The notes under the pieces: model-generated | Told to the model about the DNA's origin: nothing | What the model saw: the letters and a program-made list of their open reading frames with translations, nothing else | Databases searched by the model: none | From: Zancudomyces culisetae HAW-14-8 | Taxonomy: Eukaryota > Fungi > Kickxellomycota | Length of the DNA stretch: 64,000 bases | Assembly: GCA_052426225.1 (NCBI GenBank) | Contig: JBNJNM010000021.1 | Span: 2,046,001-2,110,000 of the forward strand | Direction of reading: 5' to 3' | In this document: positions 35,399-47,058 of the stretch, one piece after another | How the letters are laid out: each line of letters starts with the position of its first letter | How positions within the stretch are numbered: the stretch's first letter is position 1 | Made by a program: the position numbers and the translations under genes

Positions 35399-35626
35399 TT
35401 AATACTGTCGGACGAGACCGGGCGGGTTACGTTCCTTAGTCGGGTTTCTCATGCTAAGGAACTGTTGTTGCACATGCTCCTGGACAAAAGCAAATGGATC
35501 ATGTGACTCGGTACGATCCAACTTCATAGAGGTGGCTCCGGAACGGTCGCTGTCCGGAGAGTAACAACCCTCATTCTTGAGCTGTTGGATGATGGCTGCA
35601 CGTAGTTGCTGCATGAGACCTGACAT
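35399..35626 (-). CDS. GC-rich orphan ORF (75 aa)
   Basis: The ATG..TAA limits coincide with a sharp G+C-rich island within very AT-rich flanks; no family recognised. Confidence 0.4.
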   Translation of the reverse strand: MSGLMQQLRAAIIQQLKNEGCYSPDSDRSGATSMKLDRTESHDPFAFVQEHVQQQFLSMRNPTKERNPPGLVRQY

Positions 35627-36865
35627 GAAATTTTATTTATTTTAAACTTTTACTATTTACTATTTTAAACTTTTAGCTGAAGCACTATTATATTATTATT
35701 ATATATTGACTTTTAAATAAACTTGTACTAAAAAAGCTTCTTGATCAACGTCTATATTTCCTGATGTCTCTATTATGTTTTAAACTACTAAAAGAGCTAA
35801 AGAAACTCCAATTGAGTTATCTTAGCTATATATATAATATTTATTAGTTTTAAATATATGCTTATTTCTTATACTGCTTAATTTGGTTAATCGCTAACTT
35901 TATTTCTTCATCCATATTTGGTCGCATTTTCCATACTCGTGTTTTTACTCTTATAATAATTGATATATACTAATATTATTAAATTGTTTTTATGGTGTTA
36001 TTTCATTTTATGATTTTTCTCTTAGATTTTCGATCATAATATTTTCGACATTTTGTGATCAGAGACTTAATTCATATTTTTGATTGTTAATATAATAGTT
36101 ATAATGAATTTCATTAATTTTATTTTTATAATTCCCTTTAAATACTCTGTCTTTCCCAAGTAATTGAATTTTCTAGGTCTTATACCCAGAACACACGATA
36201 CTGGAAAAGAAAATATTATTCACAATTCTTTTAATCTGGTGGGTACTCGCTTAAAAAAAGATATTAAATCAGCTTATTTTTATACTTTTGTCTGGGATTT
36301 AGGTATAGAGCTATCTATTCACCAATAATGAAACATCTATACTGGTACTATGATCTTTATCAAATATGAAATATCAAAACTCGATTATATGATTTAAACA
36401 CTTTTAATAGAAATTACAATATTTTTACTAAGAGAAATCCTATTTCTATCAACATAATATACGCCACACTTATAGATACAGGTTGAATAATATGATATTC
36501 AGATGAAAGTGTTTTCCACCTATTTCTCACCCATACCTTGCTAATAAGATGGTACTGATTAAACAACCGATAAGAGATCAGTAAATATTCATTAATATTT
36601 CTTTATATAATTGGTTTTATTTTTTAAAGATATACTTGTAGAGGTATTTAAGTTCATAACTATCGACTAGAATTTTTAATTAGTTACATTTGAATGGATT
36701 AATCGAGGTAAACGAGTATTTAAGAATGACTTTTGACCGACAATCAATTCTGGTACACAAGTATTTGTATTTGGATAAGATGTGATGGGTTTATTAAAGG
36801 GTAACTTGCACTATAAGACAATTACGAAAAGGGATAAAGAAAATATATCCGAAATACGTAGCCCA

Positions 36866-37340
36866 CTAGAACGTGTCTTTGCCCGGGTTTTGCAGACCAG
36901 ACTTAGCAATGAAAGAGATTTGCATATCCTTGTTTGACGACTTTTTGGTTTCTTTAGGGTATCCTAATTCTAATTCTAATTCGGCTATTTTCAACTTAAT
37001 GTCTATTTTATTAATCTTTGACTCTGATATTATTCGGTTTTCTTCAAATTTTAGCCTTTTTTCAAAAGATAGCTTTAGTCTTTCATTTTCGACTCTGAAC
37101 TTCTTATTTTCGAGTCTCTTATTCTCAATTGTTAACCTCCTTTCTCTTTCTCTTTCTCTTTCTTATATTTGAAGCTTTAGCTTCTCATACTCTTCCTTGG
37201 TTTTTTCTTCATACACCTTTCGATTTTCATCGTATTTTAATAACAATTTGTAACTCTGGTGTTGAAAGTAAAGAAATTCGCATGCCACAATGCCTGGAAT
37301 TATCTGTAGACCAACCCAGCTATTTAAAAATTTAAGATCT
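36866..37340 (-). pseudogene. Degraded gene for a TM plus coiled-coil protein
   Basis: One frame reads LKFLNSWVGLQIIPGIVACEFLYFQHQSYKLLLKYDENRKVYEEKTKEEYEKLKLQI*ERERERERRLTIENKRLENKKFRVENERLKLSFEKRLKFEENRII...IAELELELGYPK...KDTF*, with an in-frame TAA at 37163-37165. Confidence 0.5.
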
Positions 37341-37823
37341 ATGAAGCTAAATAAAAAACCGAAGACACAAACTAGTTCTGGTTTAAGAAATATTACAAAG
37401 GTAATGTACGTTAACTTCTTTATAGTGGTTGATCATTGTCTTTTCACGCTTGAAATGGTTGCCATATTAAGAGTTGGTGATTGGCCTTCTCGAACGTTTA
37501 AGTTTCGGTTGTTCGTATATTTATAACTTTTTTTTTCCAGTATATTAACAAAATTAACTGTGTATTCACAAATGTAATTTCTTTATTGATATTTATTCAA
37601 AGGTCAATATTTTAAACATGGAATTAGCGTTAGTTGATGTAAATAAATATTTCAATAATCTCTTTTTGAGTTGAATGAGGAAATATGTTGATCAGGTAAA
37701 AAATAAAGCCTGAGATATACTCTTCAAATGTGGTGAAACAAATACATATTGATTCTTCATTTTTATTGTAGTATTACGAATGCTGAACATTTGTGTAATT
37801 AGATAATTAATCATCAAAAACAG

Positions 37824-39593
37824 CTAAAAAATAATGCATTTGCTTCCAGGTTGAGCTGATTCACTGACTTCTCTCCAGATTGGCTGAATATCAATTGGAA
37901 CATCAGCCAACAAATCAAGCAGCTTAATCGTCTTTTCACGATTGTTTCCATACTTTTCAACAAAATTTGCCGCATCTTCTTTACTCCCGTTGCCCTGAAT
38001 AATCAAGATATCACGCGTCAAATTGCTAACAGCAGTTTCAATATTTTCAAAGTTGACTTTTACTTTTCCAGATCCATCTTCATATTCGAATCCGCCATTA
38101 TCAACCAGATAGTTTAGCTGAATTGCTTGTCCCCTGCCATGGGCCTCATTCAATCCAAATCTAATTGATCTGAACGCAGATGCCAAGTACGTCACGTAAA
38201 ACTGTTCCAAAGTAATTCCAGTAATGGTATTGTTTTTTACCAACAACGATGCTGCAAATAACCCCGTGATATCGGCCTTTGCCTCCTCAAGTGTTGAATG
38301 GAGTTCTTCCATTCTGCTCCTAACCGTTGTATTGCTATCATCAACAATATGGTGTGGACCATTTGAATGGGCCACTTCATGAAGTAAAACGTGTGTGAAA
38401 AAGGCACCAAAATCCACATGTTTTTGCTGTTCTTCAACGAGAACGAGATTCGATATTGGTGTCAATACACTTTCGAACTTCCCATATTGTACATTTTTAA
38501 TGAGGGTTAGTTTGGCGCCTGCTATTTTAATCGCTTCTTCATCATTGGGCAAATTGTAGGCGGCTGTCATCGGTACTGATGTGTCGCCGCCACTATAGAT
38601 TTCGTTGACTACTACGATTGTTGGTTTTTTCAATTCGGTGTTTTTGTACTTGTCGGGCACAGGCAGGTGTGACTCAATAAATTGTAGGCTGTCTGTAAAC
38701 TTTGCTAGATTCTTTGTCTCGTCAAAATCACGAACATGAATAAAGGATTCGTAGAAGGATTTTGACGAGAACAAATTGTCCTTGTAAACTTCATATGGGC
38801 CAATTGCAACTATTGATATTGTAGGTAGATATTGTTACTTGTCGTTATAAACTCCAACCCTAAACGGATCTACTTATTGAATATATACGCGTAAATGTAC
38901 TGGTATTCAGGTAGATTATAGAACAGAATAGATAGAGTAAAAGGTTCATTCTTTAGGTTTACCTTCGATCGGGGAGCTCTCCGCAATCTTTAACCAGGAA
39001 ATTTCACTCGTAACATAGTCATTATCAATAAAGCTTTTACTTCTACCCAACAAAAAGGCACTCAAGCTAGCATCGCTAACAAGCTCCGAGGCTTCCTGCA
39101 AGAGCTGTGCTGCTGGTTCAAGGTACTCTTTATAGGCTTCGTTATACCCCTTCAACTGCAATTTTCCGTCGCAATCCCTTTCAATAACATCGTAAAATCC
39201 TCTCGCTCTTTTTTTATCATCTTCGCAAAGCGTGTCTACCCAGCTAAGAAATTCCTCCTTGGTCATGTCTTCGGGGTAGACATTAGATCCTAGTGGCTTT
39301 TTTGGAACACCCTCGATAAAACTGTTGTCGTCATCTGAGGCATCCCAGGGACCCTTAATTACCATAAAATACTTGTAAAGCAAGGCATCCTTTTCACTTT
39401 TGGAGCTGTCTCTTTGCAATCTTTCCTTTAGTTCAAGACACCCCTTCCAGAGCTGCTTGAAGTAAATACTGTCAATGATTTTGGAGGCAGCAACAAGTTT
39501 TTGGAGTGCCTGCTGATCGCCTTGGGACAAATGGCTGAGGTCGGCCTCGAGTTTTGTTGGTTTGTACTGCGCTAATCTCTTTTCAATATCCAT
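37824..39593 (-). CDS. Peptidase family M49 (DPP III-like, HEXXH type, similar to the peptidase domain of plant Nudix hydrolase 3 and bacterial DPP III); 2 exons (39593-38963, 38809-37824), ~538 aa
   Basis: KGPWD, G.NVYPEDMTKEEF, IGPYEVYKD, TAAYNLPNDE, KNVQYGKF, FFTHVLLHEVAHSNGP, LEEAKADITGL, RSIRFGLNEAHGRG. A GT-AG intron at 38810-38962 joins the two ORFs in frame. Confidence 0.9.
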
Positions 39594-39653
39594 TTTCCTT
39601 TTCCTTTTCCTTTTCCTTTTCCTTTTCCTTTTCCTTTTCCTTTTCCTTTTCCT
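39594..39653 (-). repeat. (GGAAAA)x10 microsatellite abutting the peptidase start codon
   Basis: (ttttcc)n on the + strand immediately after the CAT at 39591-39593. Confidence 0.95.
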
Positions 39654-40000
39654 TTATTGTATTTTTAAACTCAGACCATATATTACTATTTTACCACCCA
39701 TATCAGTCCCATTTCTTTTGTGTTCAACCCAATAATGGTCACCATCCAAAAAATGTAAATCCAATAATGCAGTTGTATTTGTAATAATTCTCCAGAAGTT
39801 GGCCAACCACCAATTAAATTGCTTTGATGCTCAATTGTTTAATTGGTCGAGAATTTAATATATCTAATTAATAACACAATTACCAAACAAATGAGAGCAA
39901 GGTGAGATCACCCTCCTTCCTCTCCACCTCCTATCCTCCCCTTAAGCTAATAGGGGGAAAAATACCAATACGAAAGCAAAAAGTCATAAATAACTGTAAA

Positions 40001-43000
40001 CTACAAGGTGCCAAGTATGGCTTCAATTTCTTTTTTCAGCACGATATCACTGGACTGTTCATGAATTGACCTCAACGTGCCAATGTCCTTTGCTGCGATG
40101 GCAGCCTCGACAGCTTCATTTAAAAAGTTGATTTTCAGATAGAGGGGAGGTCTTTGGCTTAGTTTACAGAACGGAATATACTTTGCTGCTTCTTGGAACT
40201 GCTGGGCATTTGTCAATTCATCAACAAAAGGCTTGAAGCCAATTGGGGAATTTTTGGCTTTGGAAAGCTTGTCAAGTTCGACAAAATCACGGATTTTCAC
40301 CAATGCACGGAGTTTTAGGTGGTAGTAAGAAGAGTCTGCAACATTGAAATCGTGCTTGACGGAATTAGCAAGTGAATACTGCTTTAGTAGTACCAACTTG
40401 GTTATTGTTTGGAACAGACTAAGACCTACAAAGCTCAAATGCTGGCCATGTTTGGAGGCATATGCATTCAGGCTTGAATTGAGCGACGACAAAGATGGTA
40501 GGGATTTCAAGTAAGTTGGGGTGTAGTTATTGTACCTAACAGTCAGCTGTGCATTGGTGAGGTCAGCCTCCAATTTGCACTGCAGGCTCAATAGTTTAGC
40601 TTGCAATATAAGTTCCTACATGAGTAAAGATATACGTTTGATAAGTGCGCACAAACAAACGAACAAAGAAATAGCTGAATAGGCGTATAACAAAAAATAA
40701 TTCTTAAAAAAAAAACTCCACAAAACTTACTCTATGCTCAAGAGACATATCGGGATCTTTAGAAAGCAAAGATATAATTGAGTTGAAATGCGAAATAAAC
40801 TCGATGTTTTCCTATTAGATAGTATTTCAGGTGAGATAAAGTCAAAAATCAGTTTGTAGATAGTGAAAATAAACTTACGAGAGGAGAATTGTAAACTTCA
40901 AGAACGTGTAGCAGAAACGAGCCAAAATAGTCGTCTTCTTGGAAGTGAAAGTTCTTCAAAACGCTGAGTTTGTTCAGGTTTAGACAATACTTAACAAACA
41001 ACAAAGAGGCAAACTTGTTTGTGCTTACAAGTTTGAAAAAGTCTCCAAGAGGAAGTTGGTTATACAGAGAAAAAAGAACAAGATAAATTAGATCAACGTT
41101 TCCGCTGCTTATAGACTCTTTCAAAGCTAACGAGTGGAATGACATTGATAGAAGTAGCGGAACCTTGTTTGACGCAGAGGTTTCAAGCTGGAGTAGCTTT
41201 GCGGCAAGTTTTTGTCTCCCGCATACTCTTGCTGTCTCGGCAATGTTGATATATGAAATGCCGGAAATCTCGCTCAGCTTGTTCAGTAATACCGAGTATA
41301 AATAGTCGTCGTCGCTGGTTGAGTTTCTGATTTTGGCATTGGCCCAGTGAATGTATACAGTGTCAAACCCAAGCTTTAAATGTTTGCAAAATTGAAGTCC
41401 CATAAAATGCAGGTTTCTCTCCAGCAACTTTTCAAGCCAACCAAAACTCGTTAAACTCAAATATTGCACCATAGTTGGACACAGAGCTATGCTTCCGTGT
41501 CTCAGCGAGTTTAGAATTCTCAAATTGTTACATGCTTCTACAAACCTTGCTGGGTTGTGGTCAACTATAAACGATTTCCCATATGATGCTGCCCGCAACA
41601 ACGCCTGCTGCAGTTCCACTTCAAACTCGTTGCCAGCTGCCTCTATACATGTGTTGACCGCCTGGCTTAAACTTGCGCCAATACTCTTGACAATCTCGTC
41701 CGCCTTAGCTGAGTTGTTCTTTAGTCTCTGATGAGCATCAAACAGCAATGCTGCTGGCTGTGTAGATCCCGCCTGAAAAACACTGAGTAGTGGTTCTATT
41801 TATACGGGGTTTTTTCATATCACTTATTAACTCCAATGTCTTTTTTTGACTTTCATTATTATGCATACCTGGTATTTTGTGAATAAACTCGTGGACTTCT
41901 TGGTTAAATACTCTGACTCCATCGATTTCTTGCACCAAATACACATCGCTCTCGTATTCAAACCTACAATCGCACAAAATTCATTGCTTTATCCTCCGCT
42001 CTGGATTACTTTTAAAAACAAATTCAATATATTTGATTCAAATCAATATATTTGGGCTTACTCTAGTGTTCCTCCAAATGGTCCAGCCAAAATAACTCTG
42101 TTTCCAAATGATACTACAACTCCATCTTCTCCACTCCTAAATTTTATATTTTGTCGGTTTTCAATCTGTTTAGTCCAGTTTTCACAAAATAATATTACAA
42201 ACTGCTTTACCATTTTATCTCGCTAATTTCACATTTGTCTTCCTCAGCTTCCTCGCTATCAATATTTTCCCCAAGTATTTCGTGCAAATCAATCTCTGAA
42301 AATGATTTCTGGAAATCCGATGACACTACCATTAGCTTTCCTGAGGGTTGGTATAGAGCAATCAACTTTGCATTCGGTGATATCGCCATTCTCGTAAACG
42401 GTCCCTGCTGTAAATACTATTACATTTTCAGTTATATATATGCTTTAGTAAATTATCCTTGAAACTATCACTCAAATCCATTATAAATCACCTGTTGTTA
42501 TCTTCACAACACAAGGTTAAGAAATATAAATGCATAGTTTATACCTGATCTTGAGTTTCAGAGATGTCCGCAATCAATATGGTGCCCCCAACTGACAAAT
42601 ACACCTCAACATGCCCGCTGTTAGTCAAATATGGCGGAACAACCTCCCAGCTATTTGGCTTCTCACGTAACTCTATTCATTTTTTTAATTTTTAATATCA
42701 ACTCCACCATATACCTTTACTCTCTTTATAACCTATAAGCTTTGGTCACCTACTTGTGTTCATGAATACAGTGGGTTTAGGATTCCACAAGTCTTCTACA
42801 CATATTATCTGAAAATTCGTCGTAATCGCAACCAACCCGCTTTCCCAAAACTTGCACTCCAAAATCCCCTCCAATTGTGGATCCTGTTTGTGTATAATCA
42901 AACCTTAGTATATTTCGTTCACATCCTCACCTCCATTCTCAACAAGTTGCACTTACTATGCCTAGCGTGAAAACTCGATTTTCGCCTGATATTCCAAATA

Positions 43001-43573
43001 TTCTAACCGCCCCATCGCTTTGAACACATACTATCTCATCTTTTCTATTCCAGCCAATACCTACTATCTCTATCTCCTCGCACTATCACGCATTCACAGA
43101 TTATTCTCCGTCTCAAAGTTAATATACATTTAATATTCTTGTAAAAACACCTACCTCAATCAATCCGATTTTTCCACCCGTAGCTTTAAAAACTCCAATA
43201 GAACCCTCCATTATCTCTGTCGATTCGACTTCAACAAGTACTCCAAAATTCCTTATCATCGCTAATTTGATATTTTCCGAATTCTTGTGACACAATACAA
43301 AAATGTATAATCAAAAAAAATAACGATTTCTCGAATTTTTACCTATTGGACCACCATATGGTGCGGGAAACACCCTGTATTTTGGAAGATAGATGTCATT
43401 CCAATCCATGTCGTAGATTTTGACTTTTCTAAATAGCACATAAAAATTAGGTTTTCCTTTAATTTTCACTAAGCAAGACAATACAAACTAGAAATAGGAA
43501 TAAAAGATTACCTATAGAATACATCTTGAAGCAGAAACCAATTGGCGGTTGGGTTGTCTATATCTTCCCTCAT
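40001..43573 (-). CDS. VPS16: Vacuolar protein sorting 16 (HOPS/CORVET core subunit), ~12 exons
   Basis: MREDIDNPTANWFLLQDVFYR|K..IYDMDW...PYGGPIA; MAISPNAKLIALY; EIDGVRVF; KADEIVKSI...AV.TCIEAAG.EF...QQALLRAASYGK; HWANAKI; GISYINIAETA...GR.KLA; KVPLLLSM; KNSPIGFKPFV. About 11 short GT-AG introns were traced by hand. Confidence 0.93.
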
Positions 43574-44123
43574 TTTATGATTGTTTATTTGTTCTGTTCA
43601 GGAATGTATGTGTGGCCTTGGATTCAAATAAAACAAAATGGGCAAAAAACAATAGTTAATTTCTAGATATTTCGGTCGGAGTAAATAAAGGCATGCAAAA
43701 TTAAAAGCTTGAATTATAAAAAATGTGTTAATTTAAAGCGCGTTGATTTGACAATTTAAATTGTCACAGTAACCCAAGAGTCACCTGGAAGTTGAGCCAA
43801 CCAAAGCAATTAAAATCGTTAGGAAGTCCCCATCCCCATGTAAAAAACAATCTGATGCCTGGATGAGCGTGTTTATAATTGAGGAAATCGATATGTTGAA
43901 TTTTTGTGTATTCTTTATTAAGAAATAGCCACTAATGGTGACTGGAGAATTCGTTTTACAAAACATCTTTCGAAAGTCTATAATAACTCTATTAATGTTC
44001 AAGTATTGTCAATGCAGTTTTATTTGCCTAAAGTTGATTCTATCGCCAAAAACTAAAAGCCTGTACCTAAATCTAAAATAAAAAACTAAAGAAACATAGC
44101 CTTGTTCACAGGTTTAAACAGTT

Positions 44124-44603
44124 CTAAGCAAGTTGTATCAAACTATCATCTTCTGAAGTGGTCCAGTAAACTGAGTTTGCATGTCCTCCGATATCAAAAT
44201 TCATATCTCCAGGGGTATACCATTTTAGTCTTGGCAGGGACCGGCAGCTACCATTACACTTGGATCCAGTGCAGAACATAATTATTCCCTCACCAGGTTT
44301 GCCACCATCAAGTAGACATGAATTAATGTTAGGTAAGCGGTAGCATTTACGTGGACGAATTGTTTTAAAGCCAACCCTATTTTTCATAAGCCTTTCTCCA
44401 AACATTTCGATAGCCAAAGTCTTGTGGTGGTGATGATGATGATGACAACCACAATGATTGAGTTTGTAGTCAGCTTCTCCGCTAGCTTGTGCTATCTGAG
44501 CATTTGGGGTATTGGCATCGGCAAGCTGAACGTCTGGGATGTTAGAACTGGCTACAAAGCTTGAGGCAATCAAAAGTGCACTTGTCAACAAAATGTTTAC
44601 CAT
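44124..44603 (-). CDS. Small secreted Cys-rich protein (159 aa), His-tract variant (CGC-HHHHHHH)
   Basis: Mirror of 34239-34718; identical except S->N and RDDDDN->HHHHHH. Confidence 0.8.
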   Translation of the reverse strand: MVNILLTSALLIASSFVASSNIPDVQLADANTPNAQIAQASGEADYKLNHCGCHHHHHHHKTLAIEMFGERLMKNRVGFKTIRPRKCYRLPNINSCLLDGGKPGEGIIMFCTGSKCNGSCRSLPRLKWYTPGDMNFDIGGHANSVYWTTSEDDSLIQLA

Positions 44604-46827
44604 TTTTACTTTTTTTGAGTTTTTTTCTAAGTCTAGTTTGTTTTTATCTAGGATAAAGTTCTAAACACTTTTGAAATGTAAAGAAATCAATTCTACAAAA
44701 ATACATCGACCCTTTATATCTTTTTTTTGTTGCTGCTAAGCTTTTGGCTGTATATATAAACGCTGTATTACGTTAATAGTTACTGAGTTGTATTATCTAG
44801 ATGCTGATATTTCAGACTTGTGTTGGTGTGTAGCCTGACGGAGATCAACATTTTATATTTGTAAAGGTCCATAGCGAATTTAGTATTGACCTGACATTTT
44901 CAGATCTTCGTACTTTCTTATATTAATACTTTAGAATTAACTTGCATATTAACAGTAGAGTTGAAAAAAATGCTAGCTGTTCTAGTACAATGTATATTCA
45001 AAATTGATATTCGTAATAACCAGTAGATTTAATCTGGTGTTGCTATTGATTGAAAAGGTTACATATTTTGACAATTGTTGTCAAGTGAGCCCGAATAGAT
45101 AGTTTTCGCAGTAAATAAAAATATAATCGGCAAAGCTATACATAATTATTCAATAGAATTTATTTATGTGGTCATATCCTTCACTCAGTTCTCTTTACTC
45201 TCATACTCAACACCAGAGTTACTAGTAATTATTATTGAAAGGTATGTGATATATGTTCTAGCCAATTTTGAAAGAACAAATTAACTGCTCAAGCGAAATA
45301 GCATTGACTAACAAAGTATTGACATTACTAGCCCAGCTTCTGGATTATCGGAAAACTAGAATTTAGAATTTAAAGACTTTTGGTTATAACTTTCAATGCT
45401 CTGATTGAGTTTTGTTTAACAAGAAGGTTGAACAAAATGATTAGACATTAGCTGTCAAATATGAAAAGAAATACAATACTAGATTTAATAATTGTAAGGT
45501 CTCAATGATGGCATTCAGTAAAGTGTATAGGCTATAGTGATCTTCAAACTAATCACTGCATATTACTAATTTTGCTAAAGACCGGAATGAAAAAAGTACT
45601 AGGCGGTGCATTCATAATTAACAGTTTATATATCCTTCCGGGCTATAATTTACTCGTTAATGAAGATAATAGTAATGATTAAATTGACTGGATAAATACA
45701 ATAATAGATCTAGAGGACGAGTATAAATTGACTAGCATCTAGATTGAAGCCAAAATGTCAATGTATTATAAACTGTTCACATTGGTAAATAGCTGGTTGC
45801 ACATCATTGAAAGGCTGATAATATAGTTAGGCATTTTCTCTTTGGCATTTATCATAAACGATTGTGTCGAAGGTATCAATTTTATTCAATTATAATATTG
45901 AAAAGTAGAATAAAAATAATAGTGTATTTGCTAACTATTGTATATGATACTACATTCATTATATCCATAGAGTCAGAATTTAGGTTTTGTTTTTATAATG
46001 AAACTCAACTCTCTAGTATTATTTGGTGTTTATCTGTCATATATTAAATACATTAACAATCTCATTGATTTTTACAACTAAACTGGTTATTTGGATTTTA
46101 AAGAAACAAGTCGACAACATTTTACTCATTTAAAACTATACTCATTGACTATTATTTATCTTAACAAAAGCTAATAATAAACAGTAGTTCTTTACATTCA
46201 GTATTAAACTACATCAAATTATATGTTGGTTTATCAAATGTAGGATCACATTAAGAAAAATGATAGAAATCATTTTTCGCTTGTACTCCTTCCTTTAACA
46301 TCTAAGAAAGAAACCATCTTTGATGAATAATTTACCAATATTAAACTTTCTCCGGATTCGTAACACTACAATAACAACACTAATAAACAACTATACTGCG
46401 TTTGTAACATCACACTTCAAAGTATAATTCACGCCTTATTTTTTATCAATAGAGTATATTTCTGTATTCAATAATAAAGAGTTCGTTAAAATATATATTG
46501 ATATTGAGTTTATGCTCTTTCTATTTTAAAATCGTTGAAGTTTTAATACAAACAATAAAGTTCACTATTTATTGCATTATACCTTTAAAGTCTGTTTATT
46601 GTAGTTGAAAAAAACAACATTAGAATGTCTACAACGAAACAAAGACCTTCAAAAAGATAAACAATCAATATTGATTATGGAAACCGCTTTAAATATAAAA
46701 AGACTATCATTAACCGCGATATTGCTAAATAATATCATTTTTCTAGCTACATTAGTTCAAAAACTATTATCACCTCAGCAAAACATCAATTTTAGTTATA
46801 AAAAATATCATTAAATACCATACTTTT

Positions 46828-47058
46828 ATGGTAGAAGGTATATCTGTTTTAACAATCCTAACATCAATAATTCTAATCCAAAAGTGCACTGAACTAAGAA
46901 GGATTTCAAAAGCGATAAAAGAACAGTTAAAAAGTAACCGGGAGACCTCACAAAAATTAATTGAAAATATCGAACGGCTCAAATTAATTATTACTCAGTA
47001 TGGACTAGCAACTGTCGGATCACCTCTCAGCTATGTAAGCAAGCAGCAAATAAACTAG
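46828..47058 (+). CDS. Small orphan ORF (76 aa), copy 2
   Basis: Identical translation to 31784-32014. Confidence 0.3.
   Translation: MVEGISVLTILTSIILIQKCTELRRISKAIKEQLKSNRETSQKLIENIERLKLIITQYGLATVGSPLSYVSKQQIN

Noticed and set aside
34838-44004. Spacer as a transposon or Starship cargo, a MAT locus, or a centromere core flanked by inverted repeats
   Set aside because: No transposase, tyrosine recombinase, HMG-box or homeodomain gene seen, and most of the spacer is occupied by ordinary spliced genes.
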